From assembly GCA_964654445.1 (NCBI GenBank), contig CAZZIS010000004.1, positions 2,898-66,897 on the forward strand: DNA of 64,000 nt, written 5' to 3'. Positions 1-8,923 of the stretch are shown here, one piece after another. Under the pieces are notes generated by a model that saw only the letters and a list, made by a program, of their open reading frames with translations, did no database searches and was not told the origin of the DNA. The DNA comes from an uncultured Thioalkalispiraceae bacterium (lineage in GTDB: Bacteria > Pseudomonadota > Gammaproteobacteria > UBA6429 > Thiohalophilaceae). The number at the start of each line of letters is the position of its first letter. The stretch's first letter is position 1. Position numbers and translations under genes: made by a program.

Positions 1-625
1 CAACATTAACCTGCCAGACGCGTAGCATTAATTGTCGACCGGGCAGGTTCAGCGGGATATGTAGCCATTCACCGCTTGCTGTTCTCATCGGTTGAATAGG
101 CAAGGTAGACGGTTCGTTATAGGGGTAGATGGCGAGTTGCTTTCCAGCAGCATCGATCATTTGACGAAAATAGCCTTCCTGATAAAGCAAACCGACACCA
201 ATTGCAGGTAGCCCCAGGTCACTGGCAGTCTTGAGGTAATCACCCGCTAAAATACCTAAGCCACCGGCGTAAATGGGTAAGGCTTCGCCAAGACCAAATT
301 CCATACTGAAATAGGCGACCTTGCCGATGTTGAAATTTGTTTTGGCCTCGCCATACCAACCAAGATCATTCTGATAGGCTGCCCGTTCAGTAATTAGACG
401 TTCGAGTTCATTACAAAACAGTTCATCATCAGCGAGCTGCTGCAGACGTTGATGAGATACATTCTGTAACACCATCCATGGATTTTTGGTGCGTTCCCAA
501 CCTTGCTGATCCACCATTTTCCACAAGGCATCTGCACCATGACTCCATGTCCAGCGTAAATCCAGAGCAAGCTCGGTGAGTGATTCAAGTTGTTGCGGTA
601 GAGTACGGGGTGAAAAAGTGGACAT
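1..625 (-). CDS. glgP: alpha-glucan (glycogen/maltodextrin) phosphorylase, N-terminal part; the gene runs off the left edge
   Basis: Absent from the ORF track because it is open at the window edge. My translation from the ATG at 625 reads MSTFSPRTLPQQLESLTELALDLRWTWSHGADALWKMVD...YFSMEFGLGEALPIYAGGLGILAGDYLKTASDLGLPAIGVGLLYQEGYF. This is the typical N-terminus of bacterial GT35 alpha-glucan phosphorylases. Confidence 0.8.
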   Translation of the reverse strand, partial: MSTFSPRTLPQQLESLTELALDLRWTWSHGADALWKMVDQQGWERTKNPWMVLQNVSHQRLQQLADDELFCNELERLITERAAYQNDLGWYGEAKTNFNIGKVAYFSMEFGLGEALPIYAGGLGILAGDYLKTASDLGLPAIGVGLLYQEGYFRQMIDAAGKQLAIYPYNEPSTLPIQPMRTASGEWLHIPLNLPGRQLMLRVWQVNV

Positions 626-641
626 GGAATGAATCCTTTAT

Positions 642-2168
642 CTAAGCGCAGGGTTCGAGTTTCAACAACAGGCTGCGCCCCGTCATTTCTGGTGGTTGCG
701 GAAGGCCAAGTAACTCAAGAATAGTGGGGGCCACATCTGCAAGGGTGCGGCCACTACCCAAATTGATATCAGACTCTCCGATCAGTAACAAAGGTACCGG
801 GTAGGCAGTGTGTTGAGTGTGCGGTTCGCCTGTTTGTGGATCCACCATTTCATCACAATTGCCATGGTCGGCAGTTAATATAATTCGCCAGTTACGGCGT
901 AGTGCGGCATCGATAACTCGGCCGCTGTGCAGGTCGACCGTTTCGACAGCTTGAATGATTGCATGCTGGATAGCGGTATGTCCGACCATATCTGTGTTGG
1001 CAAAGTTGACTACGATAAAACTATATTGATCAGAGGCAACGGCGGCTATGACTCGATCAGCAACGGCTGCTGCGCTCATTTCCGGTTTCAGATCATACGT
1101 GGCAACCTGCGGTGATGGGATGATTTCACGGTCTTCACCGGGAAAGGCTGTTTCGATGCCACCGTTAAAAAAATAAGTAACGTGCGGATATTTTTCGGTT
1201 TCTGCGCAGTGATATTGTTTTAGTCCGGCCTGGCTAATTATTTCGGCGAGTACCTGTTTCGGGTTGTCAGGTGCGAATAGCACTGGGAAGGGAAAATGCG
1301 CATTGTACTCAGTCATGCAGACCAGAGCTGGAATCATTGCATTACCACGGTCAAACTCTTCGAAATCATCGAGACCAAAACCAGCGGCCAGTTGACGCGC
1401 GCGATCACTGCGGTAATTGAAAAACAGCACGGAATCTGAATGAGTTATACCGCTGTAGCGGCCAATAATGGTGGGTTTAATAAACTCATCACTTTCACCG
1501 CGTTGATACGCAGCTTCAATCGCCATAAGTGCGTTATCAGCATGCAGACCATCGCCGATTACCATCGCCGACCATGCTTGCTGGGTGCGTTCCCAGTGAC
1601 CGGCGCGATCCATAGCAAAATAACGTCCACTAACGCTTGCGATATAACCTTTGCCTAAAGTTTTCAATCGTTTTTCAATAATTGACAGGTAGATTAACGC
1701 TGAGCGTGGCGCGGTATCACGACCATCAGTGATCATATGAATCACCGGTTCTATCCCGGCGGCTACGACCAAAGTCAATATGCCGCAGAGATGATCGATG
1801 TGAGAATGGACACCGCCATCAGAGATCATACCGACAAGGTGCAGGGCGCTTTTTTTGTGTATCAGCTCGAGCCAGGCAGGGTGGTTTGAAAGCGTACCAT
1901 CAAAAATGGCTTCTTTAATGCGCAGCAGATCCTGCTCCAGTATCCGACCCGCGCCAAGAGTTAAATGTCCCACTTCGGAGTTACCGAACTGGCCGTCGGG
2001 TAATCCAACCGCTTCGCCGGAAGCCTGTAATGCGGTATGCGGCCAGCTTGCAAAGTAGTGATCAAGATGGGGAGTGCGAGCCAGAGCCCAACCATTGTAG
2101 GCACGGTTGGGGTTAAGACCTAAACCATCCAGTATGATCAGCAGAACAGGTGGATTCTTCATACTCAT
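642..2168 (-). CDS. gpmI: 2,3-bisphosphoglycerate-independent phosphoglycerate mutase
   Basis: 515-aa ORF with KNPPVLLIILDGLGLNP, GNSEVGHLTLGAGR and C-terminal TADHGNCDEM motifs. The ORF-track start (2189) overlaps ppsA, so the ATG at 2168 or 2162 is more likely. Confidence 0.93.
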   Translation of the reverse strand: MSMKNPPVLLIILDGLGLNPNRAYNGWALARTPHLDHYFASWPHTALQASGEAVGLPDGQFGNSEVGHLTLGAGRILEQDLLRIKEAIFDGTLSNHPAWLELIHKKSALHLVGMISDGGVHSHIDHLCGILTLVVAAGIEPVIHMITDGRDTAPRSALIYLSIIEKRLKTLGKGYIASVSGRYFAMDRAGHWERTQQAWSAMVIGDGLHADNALMAIEAAYQRGESDEFIKPTIIGRYSGITHSDSVLFFNYRSDRARQLAAGFGLDDFEEFDRGNAMIPALVCMTEYNAHFPFPVLFAPDNPKQVLAEIISQAGLKQYHCAETEKYPHVTYFFNGGIETAFPGEDREIIPSPQVATYDLKPEMSAAAVADRVIAAVASDQYSFIVVNFANTDMVGHTAIQHAIIQAVETVDLHSGRVIDAALRRNWRIILTADHGNCDEMVDPQTGEPHTQHTAYPVPLLLIGESDINLGSGRTLADVAPTILELLGLPQPPEMTGRSLLLKLEPCA

Positions 2169-2173
2169 AAACC

Positions 2174-4594
2174 TTATGTTTTTTTGCAACCCAGTGCTTT
2201 CTCAATTTCTAGAATATGTCTTGTTGTGCTGAGTACTGAATCCGGATTGAGACTGATGGAGTCAATGCCAAGATCAACAAGATATTCTGCCATTTCAGGA
2301 TAATCTGATGGTGCCTGTCCACATAAACCAGAATGACGTTTATTCCGTCGTGCGCCGTCGACTGCCAGACGAATCATTTCTTTAACGCCGGGGTCGCGCT
2401 CATCAAAATCAAAGGCGACGATTTCTGAATCACGATCAACCCCCAGGGTGAGTTGAGTCAGGTCGTTGGAGCCAATTGAAAAACCATCGAACAGTTTGGC
2501 AAAGGCATCAATCTGGATCACATTGTTGGGGATTTCGCACATGACGTAAACCTGTAAACCATTTTCACCGCGTTTAAGTCCATTGTCGCTCATTGCCTGC
2601 AATACCCGTTCGCCTTCTGTGACAGTTCGACAAAAAGGGATCATTAATATGACATTAGTTAGCCCCATGTCTTCGCGCACGCGTTTCATGGCAGCGCATT
2701 CCAGCGCAAAACCCTCGGCATAATTAGGGTGGGTATAACGCGACGCACCACGAAAACCGATCATGGGATTGGATTCGCTAGGTTCAAAATATTGTCCACC
2801 GAGCAGAGAGGCATATTCGTTGGATTTAAAATCAGACATGCGCACCACCACCGGTTTGGGCCAGAAGGCAGCGGCAATGGTGCCGACACCTTCCGACAGA
2901 TGTTTCACAAAAAAATCAACCGGACTGTCATAACCGAGACTTAAGCTTTCGAGTTGCTGACGCTGTGTCGAATCGCGCACCCGTTCCGGGTGTAACAAAG
3001 CCATCGGGTGCGCTTTGATGGATTCATTAATAATAAATTCCATACGCGCTAAGCCAACGCCGTCATTGGGCAGGAAGGATGTTTTAAAAGCCAGATCAGG
3101 ATTGCCCAGATTAATCATGATTTCGGTAACAGGGCGAGAGAGTTCGCACAAATCGGTGACCTCTTTTACGAAGGCCAACGCATCTTGATAAACACGACCC
3201 TTGTCACCTTGAGAACAATCCACAGTAATCATTTCGTTATCCGGTATGACTGCCGTGGCATTATCACAGCCGACAATGGCTGGAATACCTAGTTCACGGG
3301 CAATAATGGCGGCATGACAGGTACGACCACCGCGATTGGTCACAATGGCGGCGGCAATTTTCATCACCGGTTCCCAATCAGGAGTGGTGGTGTCTGCTAC
3401 CAGCACGTCGCCGGGCTGGAATTCATCGAGGTGGCTAACATTACGTATCAGTCGGGCGCGACCACTGGCAATTCGTGTGCCCACGGCATTGCCGTGAGTA
3501 AGGGTTTCACCGTTTTCCTTAAGATGAAAAATTTCAAGTGAGTTGCCTGAAATTTGTGACTCCACAGTTTCAGGACGTGCCTGCACCATGTAGAGTTCAC
3601 CATCAATCCCATCTTTTGCCCATTCCATATCCATAGGTTTGTTATGACCTATTTTATTACTGTAATGATTTTCAACTTTAATAGCATATTCGGCGAGGGT
3701 TAAAACATCCGCATCATTGATACAGAATTGTTGTCGGTATTCTTTAGGTGTCGGTACATTTCGCGTGGCTTCGCGGGTGCGGCCTGCGGAATATTGCATC
3801 TGTATTTTTTTTGAGCCCAGAGTGCGACGTAACACCGCTCGATGGCCCTGTTCGAAAGTTGGTTTGTGTACATAAAACTCATCAGGGTCTACCGCACCTT
3901 GCACGACATTTTCCCCTAGGCCGTAAGCGCCAGTGATAAACACCACATCACGAAAACCAGTTTCGGTGTCTAGCGAAAACATCACACCACTGGCAGAAAG
4001 ATCTGAACGTACCATTTTCATAACACCAATCGACAGTGCAACTTTAAAGTGTTCGAAGCCTTGATCAATACGGTAATGAATCGCACGATCGGTAAATAGG
4101 CTGGCAAAACAGCGGCGACAGGCATCGAGTAATTGTTCTTCGCTTTCGATATTAAGGTAGGTATCCTGCTGCCCAGCAAAACTGGCATTGGGTAAATCTT
4201 CTGCAGTAGCAGAGCTACGCACAGCGACACTGATGTCATCAGAATATTGTTTTTTTAATGCCTTAAATGCACTTAGAATTTGTTCACGCAAATCGTCTGG
4301 CAATGTTGCACCATAAATAATATCTCGAGCTTTAGCTCCGCGTCGCGCGAGGTCATTGATATCACTCGCATCAAGTCCATCTAATGCTTCATGCAGTGCA
4401 TCCCAGGCATTGGCGTGTTTGAGCATGTAGCGATAGGCATCAGCGATAATGGCAAACCCATTGGGAATCTTTACGCCCTGGGGTGTTAGCTCGCGATACA
4501 TTTCACCAAGAGAGGCATTCTTACCACCGACCAGCGGGATATCTTCTATACCAAGTTCTTCAAACCAACGAATATAATTTTTGATCTTAGTCAT
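2174..4594 (-). CDS. ppsA: phosphoenolpyruvate synthase (pyruvate, water dikinase)
   Basis: About 806 aa. It has an N-terminal ATP-grasp (VGGKNASLGEM), the phosphohistidine swivel motif GGRTCHAAIIARELGIPAIVG, and a C-terminal PEP-utilising TIM barrel. The track start at 4606 is TTG; I prefer the ATG at 4594 (MTKIKNY). Confidence 0.93.
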   Translation of the reverse strand: MTKIKNYIRWFEELGIEDIPLVGGKNASLGEMYRELTPQGVKIPNGFAIIADAYRYMLKHANAWDALHEALDGLDASDINDLARRGAKARDIIYGATLPDDLREQILSAFKALKKQYSDDISVAVRSSATAEDLPNASFAGQQDTYLNIESEEQLLDACRRCFASLFTDRAIHYRIDQGFEHFKVALSIGVMKMVRSDLSASGVMFSLDTETGFRDVVFITGAYGLGENVVQGAVDPDEFYVHKPTFEQGHRAVLRRTLGSKKIQMQYSAGRTREATRNVPTPKEYRQQFCINDADVLTLAEYAIKVENHYSNKIGHNKPMDMEWAKDGIDGELYMVQARPETVESQISGNSLEIFHLKENGETLTHGNAVGTRIASGRARLIRNVSHLDEFQPGDVLVADTTTPDWEPVMKIAAAIVTNRGGRTCHAAIIARELGIPAIVGCDNATAVIPDNEMITVDCSQGDKGRVYQDALAFVKEVTDLCELSRPVTEIMINLGNPDLAFKTSFLPNDGVGLARMEFIINESIKAHPMALLHPERVRDSTQRQQLESLSLGYDSPVDFFVKHLSEGVGTIAAAFWPKPVVVRMSDFKSNEYASLLGGQYFEPSESNPMIGFRGASRYTHPNYAEGFALECAAMKRVREDMGLTNVILMIPFCRTVTEGERVLQAMSDNGLKRGENGLQVYVMCEIPNNVIQIDAFAKLFDGFSIGSNDLTQLTLGVDRDSEIVAFDFDERDPGVKEMIRLAVDGARRNKRHSGLCGQAPSDYPEMAEYLVDLGIDSISLNPDSVLSTTRHILEIEKALGCKKT

Positions 4595-4774
4595 AGCCTG
4601 TTCCAATTAACGTGTTTAAATATAAAGTATTTATCGTCACACTATGTTGTTACATAGCGTGGCTCAAGATGTGATGAAGTGACACAACTTATTTAGATTA
4701 AATCGGGAATAGAAGGGAAGTAGTTGTTAAGGCACACTTCACAATTAAAGATACACAAAGTGTTGATAGCATGA

Positions 4775-4790
4775 TGTCACCTGTGTGACA
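4775..4790. promoter_or_regulatory. candidate operator palindrome TGTCAC-N4-GTGACA in the ppsA / Crp-family divergent intergenic region
   Basis: Perfect 6-bp arms read directly from the sequence. A second 6-4-6 palindrome, CTATGT-N4-ACATAG, lies at 4642-4657. The 5-4-5 core spacing resembles FNR-type sites. No regulator can be assigned from sequence alone. Confidence 0.25.
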
Positions 4791-4996
4791 CTCAAGGTGT
4801 TTTTCAGTTAGTAGCTAGAATCAATCCAATTAATATGTAAAAAATATTACTAAATGCCTGAGATATCGTTAAATGTAAAAACTTTTTTCACTTTAGTCTG
4901 TCAATGTTTATTGTTGCCTTATTAGTAAGCTTAAAAAATACAACGCAATAACTGTCTTGCACGAGAATAAGGATAACTGAAAAGGAATAATCAGAC

Positions 4997-5746
4997 ATGA
5001 AAAGAGATCCGGTTTATTACAAGCATTGTAAAAAAGTACTTTGTCAGACGGCATTATTTGAAGGATTGGCGGATAATGTGCTTGATGATATGTTGTCTTT
5101 GTTTCGGCGTGATACTTGGAGACGGGGTATACAACTCGACTCTGCCATCTTTCATGAGCGTTTTTATTTGCTGATCGAAGGACGCCTTGAAGTCATGCGA
5201 GTAAATCCTAAAACCGGCAGAAGCATTACGCTGTCATTGCTGGGGCCGGGTGACGGTATTGATGTGGTAACATTATTAAATAATGACCCTCATGATGTTC
5301 AACCGGTGGCCATTGATGATGTGGCCTTGATTTCAGTACCGATAAAAGATGCCCGAGACTGGATTGACAAACATCCTGAATTTAATCGTAATTTTCTGCC
5401 TTATCTGGGCGAACAAATGCGTAAACTGGAAGACCTCAGCACTGATCTGGCCTTATATGACACAATGACTCGACTCGCTCGCTTGATATTACGCCATGTT
5501 GCACCGCACCATCCACAGTCCGGTAATGGAAATCATTCACTAAAACTGATTCATGATTTACATGATGAATCGCTGGCACGTATGGTGGGTTCGGTGCGTC
5601 AAGTCGTTAACCGACACCTACAGCATTGGCGCAAGCAGGGAATCTTGCATAAGCAAAATTTTCACACTGAAGTCAAAGAACTGGAAACACTTCAGGACTA
5701 CGCCACTGAAGCTCACTTACCACCAGAGCAAAAAGATAAAGCTTAA
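4997..5746 (+). CDS. Crp/Fnr-family transcriptional regulator
   Basis: 249 aa. N-terminal cNMP-binding beta-roll (FHERFYLLIEGRLEVMRVNPKTGRSITLSLLGPGD) and C-terminal HTH (ESLARMVGSVRQVVNRHLQHWRKQGIL). An AAAGGAA ribosome-binding site lies 10 nt upstream of the ATG. Confidence 0.85.
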   Translation: MKRDPVYYKHCKKVLCQTALFEGLADNVLDDMLSLFRRDTWRRGIQLDSAIFHERFYLLIEGRLEVMRVNPKTGRSITLSLLGPGDGIDVVTLLNNDPHDVQPVAIDDVALISVPIKDARDWIDKHPEFNRNFLPYLGEQMRKLEDLSTDLALYDTMTRLARLILRHVAPHHPQSGNGNHSLKLIHDLHDESLARMVGSVRQVVNRHLQHWRKQGILHKQNFHTEVKELETLQDYATEAHLPPEQKDKA

Positions 5747-6105
5747 ATTACCTCCTACGCGCCAGTACGGATATTACCTTTATTTTCGCTCATTCAAGAC
5801 ATCTGTCACCTGGATGACAGTATGAACACTGTGTATCAAATAAAATAAAAAATAATTCAAAGATAATTTGTATGTCCGATTCTGAGGTATCCCCACATAA
5901 TTTCGATCTAAATCAATGACTTACATAGAAAATACAAACAGTACCCTCGACACTTATATTTTCAGAATAAGTGGTATGCATAATATTACTTATATAATGC
6001 ACCAAATGCCTTTATGCATGACTAAACTGTTTTTAAATATATTAGGTAAATTAAAAAACTTCATAACTTATTTTATTCTGATCACTTTTTTGTGGGGATC
6101 CCTTA

Positions 6106-6651
6106 ATGTCCGACTACAATTTCATCGAGCCTGAAGATATGACTAAAAAAAATACATGTGTTTCACTTTATTCAAGCGAGCAGACTGCTGAACAGGCTAT
6201 TGAAGAATTACTAGCACAAAATTTTGATCTGAAAATTGTATCAATGGTTGGTAAGGGTTTTCATAACGAAGAACACCCCATTGGTTTATATACTAGCGGT
6301 GAGCAACTTCGTTTTCGTGGTGTTCAGGCTGCATTCTGGAATAGTCTCTGGGGTCAGCTGAGTGGTGCATCATTTTTTTTGCTACCAGATTTTGGTCCAT
6401 TAGCCGCCGCCGGCCCCATCGTTAGTTTGCTGGTGAAAGAGCAAGAAGATATAGAGATTGGTAGCAGATTGAGTGTATTAGGTGCGGCACTCTTCAGCAT
6501 GGGGATTCCAAGAGATAGCATACGCCAATATGAAAAAGCGCTTAAGGAAGAAAAATTTCTGCTGATTGTTCATGCTGTACGAAGTGATGTTGAGCACGCT
6601 TGTCATATTCTACATAGCGATACACAACAAGTAGCTGTGCACATGGCTTAA
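6106..6651 (+). CDS. hypothetical protein, possibly a YflT/GSP17M-like general stress domain with a hydrophobic central segment
   Basis: 181 aa with a GGGGA ribosome-binding site 7 nt upstream. The C-terminal GIPRDSIRQYEKALKEEKFLLIVH resembles the G-[IV]-P-x6-YE-x-L-x3-x-LL-V motif of general-stress-protein 17M-type domains. The assignment is tentative. Confidence 0.4.
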   Translation: MSDYNFIEPEDMTKKNTCVSLYSSEQTAEQAIEELLAQNFDLKIVSMVGKGFHNEEHPIGLYTSGEQLRFRGVQAAFWNSLWGQLSGASFFLLPDFGPLAAAGPIVSLLVKEQEDIEIGSRLSVLGAALFSMGIPRDSIRQYEKALKEEKFLLIVHAVRSDVEHACHILHSDTQQVAVHMA

Positions 6652-6884
6652 TGAGAGTGGACTCCATGAAGGTTTGGTTTATGTTGTTCATTTTCATTTA
6701 TATCATATGATGAATGTGTGTATGTTTAATATTGAACATGTGCGTGGCAAATAGAAGTGTATAGTTGAAACAAAAATGTCCGTCATTTCTGTTGTAGTCT
6801 TCTATTTAATCTGTAGTGGCATAGTTAATTTGGCCACCTAACTAGAGGTGATATCATTCATCTCGTAACATGATAGGTGGAAAA

Positions 6885-7196
6885 ATGAGTAAGAAAAGCA
6901 GACCAAACTTTAAACCCGAGTTTCGTTTAGAAGTTGCAGAACTTGTTGTTAAACAAGGCTACTCCGTACGAGAAGCCGCTGAAGCAATGAATGTCGGCAA
7001 ATCAACGGTTGATAAATGGGTACGGCAACTTAAAGATGAACATAATGGCATTGCGAACAAACCTAATGCATTAACACCAGACCAACGAAAAATAAAAGAA
7101 CTTGAAAAGCGAATTAAACAAATCGAATTGGAGAAAGAAATCCTAAAAAAGGCTACGGCTCTCTTGATGTCGGACTCGATGAACAATTTGCGATGA
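6885..7196 (+). CDS. IS3-family transposase OrfA (HTH / leucine-zipper protein)
   Basis: MSKKSRPNFKPEFRLEVAELVVKQGYSVREAAEAMNVGKSTVDKWVRQLK... is a typical IS3/IS911 OrfA. An AGGTGG ribosome-binding site precedes the ATG at 6885; the track start at 6870 is less likely. Confidence 0.9.
   Translation: MSKKSRPNFKPEFRLEVAELVVKQGYSVREAAEAMNVGKSTVDKWVRQLKDEHNGIANKPNALTPDQRKIKELEKRIKQIELEKEILKKATALLMSDSMNNLR
7145..7151 (+). promoter_or_regulatory. programmed -1 ribosomal frameshift heptamer A-AAA-AAG (orfA to orfB)
   Basis: In the orfA frame the codons are cuA AAA AAG, which is the canonical IS3-family slippery motif in the correct phase. orfB (7193) is in the -1 frame relative to orfA (6885). Confidence 0.7.
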
Positions 7197-7804
7197 TGTC
7201 ACAACTCAAAGAGAGCTATGCTGTAACAGAACTTTGCCAGGCATTTGATGTTCATCGCAGCAGTTATAAATATTGGGTTAAACGTTCTCAAACAATTAAC
7301 CCTATAAAATTAAATGAACAGTTGTTGGTAAAAACAATATTTAGCGAGAGCAAAAATTCTGCCGGAGCGCGAACGATATCAGAAATAGCAACACAACGTG
7401 GAACACCATTAAGTCGTTATCGTGCTGGACGTTTAATGAAAGCCTGCCAACTTCATAGTTGTCAGCAACCGAAACACCGATATAGAAAAGCGAAACAAGA
7501 ACACGTAGCGATACCTAATCACTTAAACCGTGAGTTTGATGTCATGGAACCCAATAAAGTATGGTGCGGTGATGTAACGTATATTTGGGTGGGAAAACGC
7601 TGGGCTTATCTTGCCATTGTGATGGATTTGTTTTCACGTAAACCGATTGGTTGGGCGATGTCATTTTCTCCCGACAGTCAGTTAACAAGCGATGCTTTAG
7701 CAATGGCTTTTGAGTCACGAGGAAAACCGAAAGAAGTTATGTTTCATTCTGATCAAGGCTGCCACTATACGAGCAGAAAGTTTAGACAACAGCTGGAGAT
7801 GTAG
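7193..7804 (+). pseudogene. IS3-family transposase OrfB (DDE/rve integrase core), truncated
   Basis: 203 aa, versus about 280-290 expected. The first Asp (WCGDVTY) and second Asp (FHSDQGCHYTS) of the DDE triad are present. The region that should hold the Glu about 35 aa downstream is replaced by unrelated AT-rich DNA. Confidence 0.85.
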
Positions 7805-7939
7805 AGTATAAAATACATTCCGGATATCCTGCTGATAAGTCTTTAACGACAATTGATGGAGAAAAAATTATGACTCATGAGATCATGATGAATTCATTAG
7901 AGGCTGGTAAAGAGGCATATAATAATAGGAGGGGAGTCT

Positions 7940-8230
7940 ATGAGACTGTTGAAAATTAAAGATAATCAGGGGCAGTACTATGTTGGTCCTAATAATTATT
8001 TGACGCTAGATAAATTAACTAAGGAAGGTTTATTAATGCTTGTGAATTTGACATTAGAAAACGAAATAGAAATGGATGAATATAATGAAGAAACACTTAA
8101 GCATCAGGCGCATCAAGTTATCTATAAAAATGTATTCCAAAAGCTAAATGAACTTGATAAAAGAAAGCAAGAATTTACTGATGATTCTGAAACTTTATTT
8201 TTAGAAGATTATGAAAAATATAAAGGATAA
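7940..8230 (+). CDS. hypothetical acidic 96-aa protein (orphan)
   Basis: A strong AGGAGGGG ribosome-binding site lies 4-5 nt upstream of the ATG. I recognise no motif. It sits in AT-rich DNA immediately after the IS truncation point. Confidence 0.45.
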   Translation: MRLLKIKDNQGQYYVGPNNYLTLDKLTKEGLLMLVNLTLENEIEMDEYNEETLKHQAHQVIYKNVFQKLNELDKRKQEFTDDSETLFLEDYEKYKG

Positions 8231-8475
8231 TGATAATAGATATACTTATAACTATAGTTGAGATTGATATTAAATATTTTACTGTTGGTTTGAGTGTGCA
8301 CTATAATTTGTTTCATTTAAACCCACTTTCTTAATCCTTTTCTTTACCAGTGTATTGATAGCGCTTCCGCTAATGCTTTTATATAGTGTTAATTCAGACT
8401 TAATTCCTCTAAACAAGTTCCCTTCATGTATTCCACTTTTTAGTAAACATTGCTTTTATGCTCTTGTTCAAGCAA

Positions 8476-8534
8476 TTTAGTACTTTTTGTGGAAATTTAG
8501 TACTTTCCGTGGATAAGTTTAGTACTTACTGTGG
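8476..8534 (+). repeat. iteron module A: three direct copies of TTTAGTACTTnnnGTGG (starts 8476, 8496, 8518)
   Basis: Read directly: tttagtactttttgtgg / tttagtactttccgtgg / tttagtacttactgtgg. Spacing is 20 then 22 bp, and the module is followed by gtggttgaccaaa. Confidence 0.85.
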
Positions 8535-8738
8535 TTGACCAAACTCAATTGCCTCTACAGCAATTATTACTAATGATAATTGGAACTAAATCAAATTGGA
8601 TTGGGCTAAAAACAAAGAACCGCAAAATTAAGAATTTACCTGAGTTGGTATAAGCTAAATAAGCTATAAGTTCTAAATCACAAAAAATTCATCCATAATA
8701 AACGTTACGAATACTATCAATAAATGCTGGTTAAGTGC

Positions 8739-8806
8739 TTTAGTACTTGCTATGGAAATTTAGTACTTTTCGTGGGAAAGTTTAGTACTTTCTGTGGTCG
8801 ACCACA
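8739..8806 (+). repeat. iteron module B: second copy of the triple iteron (starts 8739, 8759, 8781), ending in the 14-bp perfect palindrome TGTGGTCGACCACA (8793-8806)
   Basis: tttagtacttgctatgg / tttagtacttttcgtgg / tttagtactttctgtgg, with the same 20/22-bp spacing as module A. The whole roughly 65-bp module is a direct repeat of A, offset by 263 bp. Confidence 0.85.
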
Positions 8807-8923
8807 TCGTGCTGGAATAACGATTATAGTATATACTCGCTATTTAACATAATATATATTATGCCGCTTTTAAATGTAAGTCAGATATAACAGAGAATAA
8901 TGTCGTATGATGATTCCGGTTTT

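Larger units (their letters stand above)
6812..7800 (+). mobile_element. IS3-family insertion sequence, 3'-truncated remnant (left end present, right end missing)
   Basis: An IS3-style left terminus beginning TGTAGTGGCATAGTTAATTTGGCCACC starts at about 6812. It is followed by orfA, an A-AAA-AAG slippery site and a -1-frame orfB. The orfB coding sequence stops making sense after ...YTSRKFRQQL (about 7797), before the catalytic Glu, and no right inverted repeat follows. Confidence 0.85.

Noticed and set aside
394-588. 64-aa minus-strand track ORF near the left edge.
   Set aside because: It is out of frame within the glgP 5' coding region (1-625, minus strand), which gives a clear phosphorylase translation.
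5553-6134. ORFs at 5553-5825 (+, 90 aa) and 5916-6134 (+, 72 aa) downstream of the Crp-family gene.
   Set aside because: The first overlaps the regulator gene out of frame. The second lies in AT-rich spacer, has an I/F/L/N/Y-biased composition typical of chance ORFs, and has no ribosome-binding site.
8279-8440. Minus-strand reading-frame fragment (...GTCLEELSLNLTLYKSISGSAINTLVKKRIKKVGLNETNYSAHSNQQ*) that vaguely resembles the region around box II of a tyrosine recombinase (..Y-S-x-H-S..). It lies next to the iteron arrays.
   Set aside because: It is only about 53 codons long, bounded by stops, and lacks the catalytic Arg, the H-x-x-R and the Tyr. The resemblance rests on about 5 residues. 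It is worth a tblastn search but not supportable as a pseudogene from sequence alone.
8476-8806. Whether the iteron arrays could be a small CRISPR array.
   Set aside because: The repeats are 17 bp with only 3-5 bp between units, so there are no spacers of 25-40 bp. There are only three per block, the repeats are imperfect, and no cas genes are present.
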